Source: Myxococcales bacterium (lineage in GTDB: Bacteria > Myxococcota_A > Polyangia > Polyangiales > Houyiibacteriaceae). Taken from it: DNA of 64,000 bases. The position numbers and the translations under genes were made by a program. The DNA is taken from positions 51,080 to 115,079 of the forward strand of contig JAOTVB010000007.1 in the NCBI GenBank assembly GCA_029863605.1, in the 5' to 3' direction. Below the pieces are notes generated by a model. It saw only the letters and a list, made by a program, of their open reading frames with translations. It was not told the origin of the DNA and ran no database searches. Each line of letters starts with the position of its first letter. The first letter of the stretch is position 1. Shown here piece by piece: positions 19,473 to 28,587 of the stretch.

Positions 19473-20986
19473 ACCGCCACCGCCTCGGGTACCGAGACCG
19501 GCCGACCCTCGGTCGCGGGTTGCGGGACGACCCTTTCCAACACCTTCGCGGACGAGAGCACGCCGGGAAGGCCCGCCCCTGGGTGCACCCCTGCGCCGAC
19601 GAAGTAGAGCCCTTCGATGTCTTCAGACGTGTTGTGAAAACGAAAGTAGGCCGACTGCCGCAATGTAGGCTCCAGACCAAACGCAGCCCCTTGGTACGAG
19701 CGAAGCTCGGTCTCGAAGTACGTCGGATCGACACGGAACTGCGTGACCAGGTTGTCGCGGAGGCCCGGAAGGTGATGCGCATCCAAGGCATCGAGAATTC
19801 GGTCCATGTAACGTGTGCCCTCGATCTCCCAATCGATACCGCTTTCCTGATTCGGAACTGGAGACAGCACGTAAAAGCTCTCTCCTCCCGGTGGCGCAAG
19901 GCTCGGATCGGTGCGCGTGGGGGCGTGCAGATAGAGGGAAAAGTCGTCCGCAAGCTTCTTGCGGTCGAAGATGTCGGTCAGTAGCTGGCGGTACCGCGGG
20001 CCCAACAGGATCGAGTGATGCGCGATGTCTGGATACGTCTTTTTCGTCCCAAAGTAGCCGACGAAGAGGCTCATCGAATATCGCTTGCGGGCAATCGAAA
20101 CATCAGTGTGCTTTCGGCGCGCCGAGGCATGGATCAACTTTGTGTACACCATCGCCGGGTCGGCGTTTGAAACGATGATGTCCGCTTCGAGGAACGTTTC
20201 ATCATCGAGCAGCACGCCCTTGCTCCGGCCGTTCACGACTTCGATCCGTTCCACAAGGGCGTGGAGCCGCAGATCTACACCGACCTCCCCCAGCAGACGT
20301 GTCAATCCACGCACGATGGCAGCGGTGCCCCCCATCGCGAAGTGGACGCCCCATTTCCGTTCGAGCCAGTGAATCAGTAGATAAATCGCTGGCACTCGGA
20401 ACGGGTTCCCACCTATGAGTAAGGGCTGGAAGGTGAACACCTGCCGGAGCGCGTCATCCTTGATGTACTGCGAGACCAGACTGTAGAGGCTCTTGTAGGC
20501 GCGGAGCCGCACCAAGTCGGGGACGATTCGCATCATGTCCCCGAAACGCGAGAAGTCCGCGGCGACGAGCTCCGTATATCCGACATCGAAGATCCGCTTC
20601 GAGTGCTCGACGAGCTTCCTGTAGCCATCGACGTCGGCCGGATTGAACTCGGCGATCTGAGGGAGAAGTCGCTCGTCGTCACCCACATAGTCGAAATGGC
20701 GGCCATCCGGGAACACGACGCGATAGAAGGGATCGACCGGCACCAGGTCGAAGTAGTTCCGTCGGTCTTTGCCGAAAAGCTCGAAAAGCTCATCGAATAG
20801 ATAGGGAGCCGTGATCACCGTCGGGCCAGCATCGAAGTGAAAGCCCTCGCTCTGAAAGGCCCGAGCCCGACCACCAGCCTGATCGCCCGCCTCGAGGACG
20901 GTGACGCGATACCCCATGGCGCGTAGGCGTGCGGCAGAAGCGAGGCCTCCGAAGCCGGCCCCGATGACGATGGCGTGCTTGCTCAC
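19469..20986 (-). CDS. crtI: Phytoene desaturase
   Basis: GAGFGGLA, FDAGPTVIT, LERKWGVHF and YFVGAGVHPGAGLPGV. Confidence 0.96.
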   Translation of the reverse strand: MSKHAIVIGAGFGGLASAARLRAMGYRVTVLEAGDQAGGRARAFQSEGFHFDAGPTVITAPYLFDELFELFGKDRRNYFDLVPVDPFYRVVFPDGRHFDYVGDDERLLPQIAEFNPADVDGYRKLVEHSKRIFDVGYTELVAADFSRFGDMMRIVPDLVRLRAYKSLYSLVSQYIKDDALRQVFTFQPLLIGGNPFRVPAIYLLIHWLERKWGVHFAMGGTAAIVRGLTRLLGEVGVDLRLHALVERIEVVNGRSKGVLLDDETFLEADIIVSNADPAMVYTKLIHASARRKHTDVSIARKRYSMSLFVGYFGTKKTYPDIAHHSILLGPRYRQLLTDIFDRKKLADDFSLYLHAPTRTDPSLAPPGGESFYVLSPVPNQESGIDWEIEGTRYMDRILDALDAHHLPGLRDNLVTQFRVDPTYFETELRSYQGAAFGLEPTLRQSAYFRFHNTSEDIEGLYFVGAGVHPGAGLPGVLSSAKVLERVVPQPATEGRPVSVPEAVAV

Positions 20987-22032
20987 GATAACCCCCCTTC
21001 CAATGCATCGATCGGGGTGAGCACGCGGTGCACGAGCTCACGGGCCACCGCTTGGATGTCGGACCGTACTCCCGTTCCCTTCGATGCGAGCAAGCCCGAG
21101 GCCATCAAGTGAATGCGATCGAGCAATTGTGCTGCCGCGCCTCCCTCGATGAACCGCTCGATCATTTGAGACACCTCGTGGTGCTTCGTCTCGTCGCGGG
21201 GTTTGTTGAGGATCTCGAACACCGCAACCGCGTCGCTCGGATGCAGGTCGAGATGGGTGAGCACCACCGCGCTCAGGCGTCCCTCGTAGATATCGCTGCC
21301 ACACGAACCGCGACCCTTGGATTCGAATAAATCCAAGAGGTCATCTTGAAGCTGGTAGAGAACGCCGATCGAGCTGAAGGTGAGCGCCACGTTGTTCGCC
21401 TCATCGGGCTCGAGCCCCGCAAGCTCCGCGGCACCTCGAACCGGAAGCGCGAACAGGGTGCCGGTCTTCCCGGACACAGCACTGAAGTAGTCGCCCCACC
21501 CTTTGTCGGATGAGGCTGTCAGGGCGAGCTCGTGGATCTGACCGCGCGCTGTGCCCTCTGCATACTCGGCGAGGATCTGTACCAACGCACTCTGCAGCGC
21601 GTCAGGATATCCGCCTAGGGCCCGGAAAGGCAGCATCAACAGAAGGTCCCCGGCGTTGATGGCCTGAGCGATGCCATGGCGAGCCCACAGGGCGGGCTTG
21701 TCCCGGCGTGAACGATCACCGTCTTGGATGTCATCGTGAATGAGCGAGGCGTTGTGGAGCAGCTCGACGGCTGCGGCCCAATCGACGGCGTATTCGGAGC
21801 GGCCACCTAGGGCGTGGCATGCCGCAAGCGCAAGCCGGGCGCGTAAGCGTTTGCCGCCCGTCCCCAGATGCTCGTGAAGCATCTCCGCCCCGGGGTCTAG
21901 GACGCGGTCGCCCGCAAGCTCGGTCATGCGGGACTCAACCTTCACGAGCAGATCGCCGTGGTCCAAAAGAACCGAGGCTAACGCTCGGGCGTGCTTGAGT
22001 ACGGTTGTAGCGGCGGGTGTGGCTGCTTTCAT
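20983..22032 (-). CDS. crtE: Polyprenyl (GGPP) synthase
   Basis: GGKRLR, HNASLIHDDIQD, RR and QLQDDLLD; ATGA overlap with the cyclase stop. Confidence 0.88.
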   Translation of the reverse strand: MKAATPAATTVLKHARALASVLLDHGDLLVKVESRMTELAGDRVLDPGAEMLHEHLGTGGKRLRARLALAACHALGGRSEYAVDWAAAVELLHNASLIHDDIQDGDRSRRDKPALWARHGIAQAINAGDLLLMLPFRALGGYPDALQSALVQILAEYAEGTARGQIHELALTASSDKGWGDYFSAVSGKTGTLFALPVRGAAELAGLEPDEANNVALTFSSIGVLYQLQDDLLDLFESKGRGSCGSDIYEGRLSAVVLTHLDLHPSDAVAVFEILNKPRDETKHHEVSQMIERFIEGGAAAQLLDRIHLMASGLLASKGTGVRSDIQAVARELVHRVLTPIDALEGGLS

Positions 22033-23261
22033 GTCAAACCTGGCTGAAGAACGGATCTTGCGAGAGGGGCTGCGCCGGCCGATAGCCCTGTCCGCACCAG
22101 GTGCCACCGAACCGACGCGGGCAAGGTGCCAAACAGGCGTGTCATCACCGCGGCGAGCTCGGACCTAGACAGGGTCCCGCCGAGAAAGCCCGACCACCCG
22201 TTCTGCGGGAGTCGGAAGAACGAATCGAAAAAGCAGCCGATCTCAGTCGCGGTCATCCCGACTAGGGTTTCGAGCCCGAAGGTGTAGAGCTCCCAGACGG
22301 CCCGCTCTTGGCGCGGCCACAGAGTTGCGTTCCCCGATGCAATCGCGAGCGAAGCGTCACCCGATACGAGACTCTCGACAATCGACGCGGCCACCGGGTC
22401 TGCTTTGCGAAGGACGCGGGAAACCAAGTATCCCGAGGCCGGGTGCACCATGGCTGCGGCAGCGCCAAACGGAACCAACGCCTGTTCAGGGGTCGGAAGG
22501 CCAAGGCCCATCGCAATCGAACAGTGCTCCTCATCGATCCGCTCGCAGTGTTGCAGGCCAAGAGATGCCAAACGCGCCTCGAGCCGCGCCCGGAGCACAC
22601 TGAGGCGCATCGCCGGGCGGCGCGCCAATGAGGTCTCTTCGATGAAAAGACGATCGTCACCCATCGGAAGCACATAGAGAAAAGAAGGGGGATCGGGGTC
22701 CTGGCGCGACGCCGGGCAAAAATCCATCAGGACCATCCGGTTCGGATCGAACCCATGACCGGGCGCACGCAGCATCAGTCCGAATGCGGTTTGAAAGGCG
22801 GGGGCCCGGCGATGCGTGCGCTTGATGAACGGGCTCCTTGCGCCGCTCGCATCGATGACGACACGGGCCCGCAGGATCGTGCCGTCATCGGTGCGGATCC
22901 GACTCTCGGTCCCGCGATGGTCCAAGGCAGCCGCTCGACTCGACGTGATACGCACGGAACCGGCCCGGAGCGCGCCCCAGAGGAAGCGTTGGAGCTCTTG
23001 CGTGTCGAGCTTGACGTACGGGCGCTCGAGCACTCGGCTCCCAAGAGCCGTCACGACCGAGGCTTGGGGCCAGAGACGCTCCGTCAAGTGCTCCATTCGA
23101 GGCGAGACTTCGTCTGCCCAAAGACAGTAATTCGGTTGCCAAGGTGCTTCGGGCTCAGGTGCGACGAGCGTCACCGAAGCGCCCCGCTCGGTGCAGGCCG
23201 CCGCGATGGACAAGGCGGCTGGACCGCTTCCAAGCACTGCTATGTCGTTGAGGCCGCTCAT
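22029..23261 (-). CDS. crtY: Lycopene cyclase (flavin-dependent CrtY/CrtL type)
   Basis: GSGPAAL, VIDASG, QTAFG, MVLMD, FLYVLP, IEETSL and GAAAAMVHPASGY. Confidence 0.88.
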   Translation of the reverse strand: MSGLNDIAVLGSGPAALSIAAACTERGASVTLVAPEPEAPWQPNYCLWADEVSPRMEHLTERLWPQASVVTALGSRVLERPYVKLDTQELQRFLWGALRAGSVRITSSRAAALDHRGTESRIRTDDGTILRARVVIDASGARSPFIKRTHRRAPAFQTAFGLMLRAPGHGFDPNRMVLMDFCPASRQDPDPPSFLYVLPMGDDRLFIEETSLARRPAMRLSVLRARLEARLASLGLQHCERIDEEHCSIAMGLGLPTPEQALVPFGAAAAMVHPASGYLVSRVLRKADPVAASIVESLVSGDASLAIASGNATLWPRQERAVWELYTFGLETLVGMTATEIGCFFDSFFRLPQNGWSGFLGGTLSRSELAAVMTRLFGTLPASVRWHLVRTGLSAGAAPLARSVLQPGLT

Positions 23262-23303
23262 CGCTGAGTTGACGCCCACCGGTTATGCAACCACAGACGA
23301 GAA

Positions 23304-23342
23304 CTGACAAGACCTAGACACAATCTAAACGACTCGTAGACA
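23304..23342. promoter_or_regulatory. Putative CarH operator: four direct repeats at 11-bp period between crtY and crtU
   Basis: CTGACA 23304, TAGACA 23315, TAAACG 23326, TAGACA 23337. Overlaps a candidate minus-strand promoter TTGTCA-N17-CATAAC. Confidence 0.8.
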
Positions 23343-23392
23343 ATAGGGTTGAAATTTGCCGTTCTCTTCAATAAGGAGGGCGGGGGCGTGAA

Positions 23393-25000
23393 ATGAGCAC
23401 TTGGTGGCCGATCCTGATCGTCGGCGTGGTCGTTCTGGTATGGCTCGTCGGGCGCCGCGGTCGGCTGAGGAAAGCGCTTGCTCGTCTCGTCGAGCGCAAG
23501 CTTGAAGGCTATCGACACGAGGCCAATCGAGTCGATCCCGCGCTGCCGCGGATTGCCACTAGTCAGGTAGCTCGCGTGGCCGTTCTAGGCGGCGGGCTTG
23601 CGGGGATCGGGGCAGCTGCGACCCTCGGTGAACGGGGCATCGACGTGACGTTGTTCGAGCGGAACGCGTACCTCGGCGGAAAGATCGGCGCATGGCGAGT
23701 CGCCGTAGGCGATGGGGAGCAGACCATCGAGCACGGGTTTCACGCCTTCTTCCGGCAGTACTACAACCTGAACCGCTTTCTGGACCGCTTGGGTGTGCTC
23801 GATGGCTTCCGGGAGATCGAGGATTACCTGATTCTCGACTTCGATCGCCGCCCGCTGAGCTTCGGGGACGTCGAGAAGGTACCTGCGCTGAATATCCTCG
23901 ATCTTGGGCGTCGCGGATTCTATCGGTGGCGCGACGTGACGGCCAAACGAACCCGTAACCGGCTCGACGCATTCCTGCGCTTCGACATGACGCGAACTTA
24001 CGAGACGCTCGACGACACGACATTCGAACGCTTCTGCGACGATGCGGCGCTGCCTGCCGAGCTAAGGGTGTCGTTTCGGACGTTCGCGCGGGCGTTCTTC
24101 TCCAACGAAGCGGACCTCTCCACGGCTGACGTCCTTCGCGCGTTCCATTTCTACTACCTGAGCCACGACCACGGCTTGATGTACGACTATCCGGTTGGCG
24201 ACTATGAGACGACGCTCCTAGCACCTATCCGTGCGCACTTGCATCAGAACGGTGTCGAAGTCCGGTTGAGCTCACCGGTCGAAAGCATCGAACGCGGTGA
24301 ACGCAAACGCTTTCGGGTTGCAGGCGGGGACTACGATTGGGTCGTGATCGGGGCGGACATCGCTGGAGCGCAGGCGATCGTCGAGGGGTCGGCTTGGTTG
24401 AAAGAGTTACACCCAAACTTCGTGGCGAGCATACAGGCGCTTCGCACTTCGCATGGGTATGCGGTCTGGCGAATTTGGGTGGATCGAGACGTGCGCCCGG
24501 ACTTGCCGACGTTCATCAACGTGGATCGGCAGCGGGTGTTGGACTCGGTCACCCTCTATCATCGCATTACCGATGAGGCGCGCCAGTGGGCCGAAGCTCA
24601 CGATGGCGCAGTTCTCGAGCTTCACAGCTATGCCCTGCCGAGCGACATCGTTGGCGAGGGCGAGGTGCGACGTCTTTTCCTGAAAGAGCTCGAGTACTAC
24701 TTCCCTGAGCTCGGAGACCTCACAATTTCGGCGGAAGCGTTACAGATACGAAACGATTTTCCGGCTTTCGCGCCGGGACAACACGCCCACCGACCCGAGC
24801 CCAAGCTGCCGATCGAAGGATTGTTGATGGCGGGTGATTGGGTCCGTCTACCCTACCCGATGACTCACATGGAAGCCGCGTTTACCTCCGGCCTTCTATG
24901 TGCCAACGAAGTCCTCGACGGGCTAGCGCTCCAACAGGAACCGATCTTCACCGTCGCGCCGAAGGGCCTACTGCAGCCACGTAGAGCACGGTCGCGCTAA
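23393..25000 (+). CDS. crtU: CrtU-like carotenoid phi-ring (isorenieratene) synthase, FAD-dependent, no Rieske insert seen
   Basis: GGGLAG, EHGFHAFFRQYYNL, FARAFF, FHFYYL, VLELHSYA and AGDWV..MEAAFTSG; N-terminal TM anchor; divergent from the crt operon. Confidence 0.78.
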   Translation: MSTWWPILIVGVVVLVWLVGRRGRLRKALARLVERKLEGYRHEANRVDPALPRIATSQVARVAVLGGGLAGIGAAATLGERGIDVTLFERNAYLGGKIGAWRVAVGDGEQTIEHGFHAFFRQYYNLNRFLDRLGVLDGFREIEDYLILDFDRRPLSFGDVEKVPALNILDLGRRGFYRWRDVTAKRTRNRLDAFLRFDMTRTYETLDDTTFERFCDDAALPAELRVSFRTFARAFFSNEADLSTADVLRAFHFYYLSHDHGLMYDYPVGDYETTLLAPIRAHLHQNGVEVRLSSPVESIERGERKRFRVAGGDYDWVVIGADIAGAQAIVEGSAWLKELHPNFVASIQALRTSHGYAVWRIWVDRDVRPDLPTFINVDRQRVLDSVTLYHRITDEARQWAEAHDGAVLELHSYALPSDIVGEGEVRRLFLKELEYYFPELGDLTISAEALQIRNDFPAFAPGQHAHRPEPKLPIEGLLMAGDWVRLPYPMTHMEAAFTSGLLCANEVLDGLALQQEPIFTVAPKGLLQPRRARSR

Positions 25001-25159
25001 CGCTGGCTCGTCGTCGCACGAAACATCGTCAAGATCTCGTTACGCCTGGTCTCATCGAATCGTTGATGAGCGTCCACTCGATGCATTCATCCGCGGAGCA
25101 TACAACCTAAGAACTCGTGCAACCACAGCGTAGCGGGCAGGATTTGCGACCATCCGCTC

Positions 25160-26053
25160 TCACGGCGGACGCGGGATCAAAACCGGTGTTCGTGCTTTGT
25201 ATACCTGATAACGTTCATCATCCCCCCATCGGTCATCCGCGCGCTTCTCGAGCAGCGGAATCCCGCTTACACGGGTTAGCAGAAATGTAACGAAGACCGG
25301 AGACACCAGGGTGATCCACTGCCAGCCGCGAAGCGTGGAGGATGCGATCACGGCGATGCCGGTCCACAAAACGATCTCGCCGAAATAGTTGGGATGGCGT
25401 GACCAAGCCCATAAACCGGTATCGATGTACCTTCCGGGGTTTTCCCGTCGGAACTTGCTCTTCTGCCGGTCTGCGATCACCTCGAGAGCAAAACCGAAGA
25501 CCCAAATCGACAGACCGATCCCGTCCAAGGGGCCCAAGTTCGAGGACGCCGTCGTCGTGATGGCGGCGAGAGCTGCGCAGAGCGTGAGGAAGACCCACAG
25601 CCCCTGCAGCGTCCATGCGACGAGAAAACGGGAGGCGCTCATCTTGATCTCGTCGAAACGGCCGTCCGAACCGTCTGAGCGGATGCGACGAAAAAGAAAA
25701 CTGCCGAGCCGCACCGCCCACACCCCTACGAGAATGCCCAACGCGATGGAGCGCGTGTCATCGGAGTAGGTGGACACGATCGCAAACGTGGTCACCGCCA
25801 GGTAAGTCAGGCTTCCTACTAGATCGTAAAAGCGTTCCGTGCGGCGAAGATAGGCCGGCACGAACGCGAGCCACTGGATGGAGAAGGCGAGGACCGCGCA
25901 GAGCGCCATCACCGGAACGCCGAGAATCCGCGCGCCACCCTGACTCCCCGCCCATGCGACGAGCGCAGCGACGGCCGCCGCCCCGATGATGGCGGCCCAA
26001 GCGACCGCGGTGTTGCGTGCACTCGTCAACGTCGGCTCCCTGTGCGGAAGCAT
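25160..26053 (-). CDS. DUF1295 (steroid 5-alpha-reductase-like) membrane protein
   Basis: ERFYDL, WAVRLG, DGRFD, ADRQK, GLWAWSRHPNYFGE and SGIPLLE. Confidence 0.9.
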   Translation of the reverse strand: MLPHREPTLTSARNTAVAWAAIIGAAAVAALVAWAGSQGGARILGVPVMALCAVLAFSIQWLAFVPAYLRRTERFYDLVGSLTYLAVTTFAIVSTYSDDTRSIALGILVGVWAVRLGSFLFRRIRSDGSDGRFDEIKMSASRFLVAWTLQGLWVFLTLCAALAAITTTASSNLGPLDGIGLSIWVFGFALEVIADRQKSKFRRENPGRYIDTGLWAWSRHPNYFGEIVLWTGIAVIASSTLRGWQWITLVSPVFVTFLLTRVSGIPLLEKRADDRWGDDERYQVYKARTPVLIPRPP

Positions 26054-26074
26054 GGGCGTCCGAGGCGAAGTGGT

Positions 26075-26635
26075 CTACCAGCCGCCCGTGCCCGGCTCCC
26101 CCTTGAACGGCCCGACTATTTCTTCAGTGACCCAGCCGCCATAGAAGCCGCCCGGTTGGGGAGCCACCCTGTTTCCGTCGACGTAGCATTGCACCTTGCT
26201 CGGGTAGAACCCCAGATAGCCTCGAATCATCGTGAATTCCGGATTAGGGTCTTCATAGCTCCAGGCGACGTTGGTGATCTCATTGGGATCGATGCGGAGC
26301 GACCAATACGACGCTGTGCCCTTCCATTCGCATTGAGACGCCCCCCGACCCGGCATCAGCAGCTCAGTGCGGACATCATCGGGCGGGATGTAGAAGGTCG
26401 GCGGACTTGCTGTCTCGAGCACTCGGATGGAGCGCCCCGTCTCAGCGATGACCATGTTCGTGAATACGACGCGAACCAGCCGAGAGTCTGGATCAAGCGT
26501 AGGCGGCCGCGGATAGTCCCAAACGGATTCCTGACCGGGCTTTGGCTCGATCGCCCACGTAGGCCTACCATCACCTCGATGGGTCCACTGCCCACGAGCG
26601 CGCTCTAGGTCGTCCGACCGCCGGCTTGCCGACAT
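26075..26635 (-). CDS. DUF427 domain protein
   Basis: ESVWDYPRPP, LETASPP, CEWKG, AWSY and FYGGWVT..GPFKG. Confidence 0.9.
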   Translation of the reverse strand: MSASRRSDDLERARGQWTHRGDGRPTWAIEPKPGQESVWDYPRPPTLDPDSRLVRVVFTNMVIAETGRSIRVLETASPPTFYIPPDDVRTELLMPGRGASQCEWKGTASYWSLRIDPNEITNVAWSYEDPNPEFTMIRGYLGFYPSKVQCYVDGNRVAPQPGGFYGGWVTEEIVGPFKGEPGTGGW

Positions 26636-26640
26636 GGGAC

Positions 26641-26808
26641 CTACCTCACATCCGCATTCTGATTGGAGGATGAGCGACTCGGGGAGCGAGGCGGCTCGTA
26701 GCTGTCCACCGGTGATTCGTTTGCCCGATGGCGAATCGCGACATAGGCGCCTGCAAACGTCAGCAAGGTGACCATGGCGCCTGCGACGATCAAGTCGAGG
26801 TCATTCAT
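26641..26808 (-). CDS. Small single-TM protein, 55 aa (not in the supplied ORF track)
   Basis: Hand-translated as MNDLDLIVAGAMVTLLTFAGAYVAIRHRANESPVDSYEPPRSPSRSSSNQNADVR. Its ATG overlaps the upstream ORF end, and its stop is 5 nt before the DUF427 ATG. Confidence 0.65.
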   Translation of the reverse strand: MNDLDLIVAGAMVTLLTFAGAYVAIRHRANESPVDSYEPPRSPSRSSSNQNADVR

Positions 26809-27031
26809 GACGTCCCGTCAGAAGCAGACCGCCGGCCGACAAAATGGAGGGAACCCAGAGGCCAACGAAGAGCCCGCGTTCTCGGTCCCCCGAGAACCAC
26901 AGCCAAATGGATAGACAAAATGAGATCGCGGCGGCCGCAAAAAAGAGAGCTTTCGAAAGCGCCAAGCCGGTCGGCATCATTCGCGGGCCGACGCCTGGGG
27001 CGGAGACCGTGGTCGAGGGCGTTTGATTCAA
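26801..27031 (-). CDS. Small two-TM hypothetical protein, 76 aa
   Basis: RBS GGGAGG before TTG; LSIWLWFSGDRERGLFVGLWVPSILS helical hairpin. Confidence 0.75.
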   Translation of the reverse strand: MNQTPSTTVSAPGVGPRMMPTGLALSKALFFAAAAISFCLSIWLWFSGDRERGLFVGLWVPSILSAGGLLLTGRHE

Positions 27032-27048
27032 GATCTACCTCCCAGACG

Positions 27049-27091
27049 ATGATGTGTTCCTGTCCATCTTATGTCAATGTTTTTTTAGACA
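27049..27091 (-). promoter_or_regulatory. Sigma70-like promoter overlapped by putative CarH repeats
   Basis: Minus strand TTGACA (27077-27072)-N17-CATCAT; TGGACA follows TTGACA at 11-bp period; an additional plus-strand TAGACA at 27086. Confidence 0.6.
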
Positions 27092-27099
27092 AAAACTGA

Positions 27100-28587
27100 T
27101 CAGGTGGTGACCCGCTCGATGAACTGATCGGCTAGCTCGAAAATTCTCTGCCGGCGGGAGGAATCCATGCGCTCCAGCGTCGCCAGCAGCATCTTGCTTC
27201 TGGGGTTCTTCTCGAAAAAGTCGCAGTGCTCGTCGAAAAACGACCAATAAAGCCCATCGACCACATCGCACCATGACCCTTTGGGGTAGTCGCTCATCTT
27301 GCGGAGATAGTTGGAGCCGCAGATATATGGCTTCGTCGTGAAGGCGCCACCCTCGCTGAACAGCGCCATCCCGTAGACATTGGGCGCCATGACCCAGTCC
27401 GCCGAGTCGACATACATTTCCATGAACCACTGATACGCTGCCGTCGGCTCGACGCGACACAGCAACATCAGGTTACCGACTACCATTAGCCGTTCGATGT
27501 GATGGTTATAACCGCTGGCGTTGGCGCGACCGATCGCATCATCGAGCGGCGGAATGCCGGTCGTGCCGTCATACCAGTGACTCGTGAGTTGCCGGTCGTG
27601 GTTCCAGAAGTTTTTCTCCCAGTGTGATGACGGCAAAGTAATCCACATACCCCGGATGAATTCTCGCCAACCGATGATCTGCCGGACAAATCCCTCGAGC
27701 GAGTTCAAGGGAACCTCGTTCTCCGCAGCATGTTGCAGGGTTCGATCGATGACTTGGCGCGGCGTGAGTAAGCCTATGTTGAGCAGCGGGCTGAGAACTG
27801 AATGGAATACTGTGGGATGCTCCTTGCTCAGAGCATCCTCGTAGTCACCAAAACATCGCAGCCGCTGTTCGAGAAACGACGACAGGGCCTCTTCCGCTTG
27901 GGCCTGCGTGGTCGGAAGCCAGAATTCGCGTGCATCGCCCGGATGCTCCTGAAACTGCGAGTCGACCAATTGGACCACGGCTCGCGTGTGTGAAGTCCAA
28001 TTCGGCTTCGTAAGGGAGGGCGGCGTCAAACCTCGAGGAAGCTTCTTCCGATTCTTATCGTCAAAGCTCCAACGGCCGCCCATCGGTTTCCCTTGGTCGT
28101 CGAGTAAGATATTCATCCGATTTCGTTGCCACCGGTAAAAATCGGCCATGAAAAGCCGCTTATGGCTATCACGATAGTGGTCGAACACCTCACGGCTCGT
28201 GACGAACATCGGGCTCGGCAAAAGAGTCCGTTTCACTCCGTGTTCTGAACACACGGCTTCGAGCCGATGATCCATTCGAAACGACTCAGTCTCGAAACAG
28301 GCGATCTCTCCATACGATTGCTTCCAAAGGTGTTGTGAAAGCATCGACGAGAAGGACTCGCCTCCCGCATCTTCGAGTCGTGTGTAGACGACCTCGTGTC
28401 CAGCCTCGCGAAGCATGTCGGCTTTTGAACGCATCGAGCTCAAGACAAGCACGAGCTTGTGCCGATGAGCCCTGTAATTGCGGCAGATCTTGTCCGACTC
28501 CGCCATGAAGATGACATCCGGCTTGGCATGCTCGATGAGCTGGTTCGGAAACAACTGGTTGCCGAAGAGCACGAGCAGACGACTCAT
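27100..28587 (-). CDS. Bacterial cryptochrome/(6-4) photolyase (PhrB/CryPro clade), apparently lacking the Fe-S cysteines
   Basis: LFGNQLF, HRHKL, MADFYRWQR, GGRWSFDDKNR, FGDYEDA, EGFVRQIIGWRE, HHIERLM and KPYICGSNYLRKMSDY. Start at the ATGA overlap, 28587. Confidence 0.92.
   Translation of the reverse strand: MSRLLVLFGNQLFPNQLIEHAKPDVIFMAESDKICRNYRAHRHKLVLVLSSMRSKADMLREAGHEVVYTRLEDAGGESFSSMLSQHLWKQSYGEIACFETESFRMDHRLEAVCSEHGVKRTLLPSPMFVTSREVFDHYRDSHKRLFMADFYRWQRNRMNILLDDQGKPMGGRWSFDDKNRKKLPRGLTPPSLTKPNWTSHTRAVVQLVDSQFQEHPGDAREFWLPTTQAQAEEALSSFLEQRLRCFGDYEDALSKEHPTVFHSVLSPLLNIGLLTPRQVIDRTLQHAAENEVPLNSLEGFVRQIIGWREFIRGMWITLPSSHWEKNFWNHDRQLTSHWYDGTTGIPPLDDAIGRANASGYNHHIERLMVVGNLMLLCRVEPTAAYQWFMEMYVDSADWVMAPNVYGMALFSEGGAFTTKPYICGSNYLRKMSDYPKGSWCDVVDGLYWSFFDEHCDFFEKNPRSKMLLATLERMDSSRRQRIFELADQFIERVTT

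Noticed and set aside
25051-25070. Hairpin CTCATCGA-atcg-TTGATGAG between convergent genes
   Set aside because: Weak stem with no U-tract; not enough to call a terminator or ncRNA.
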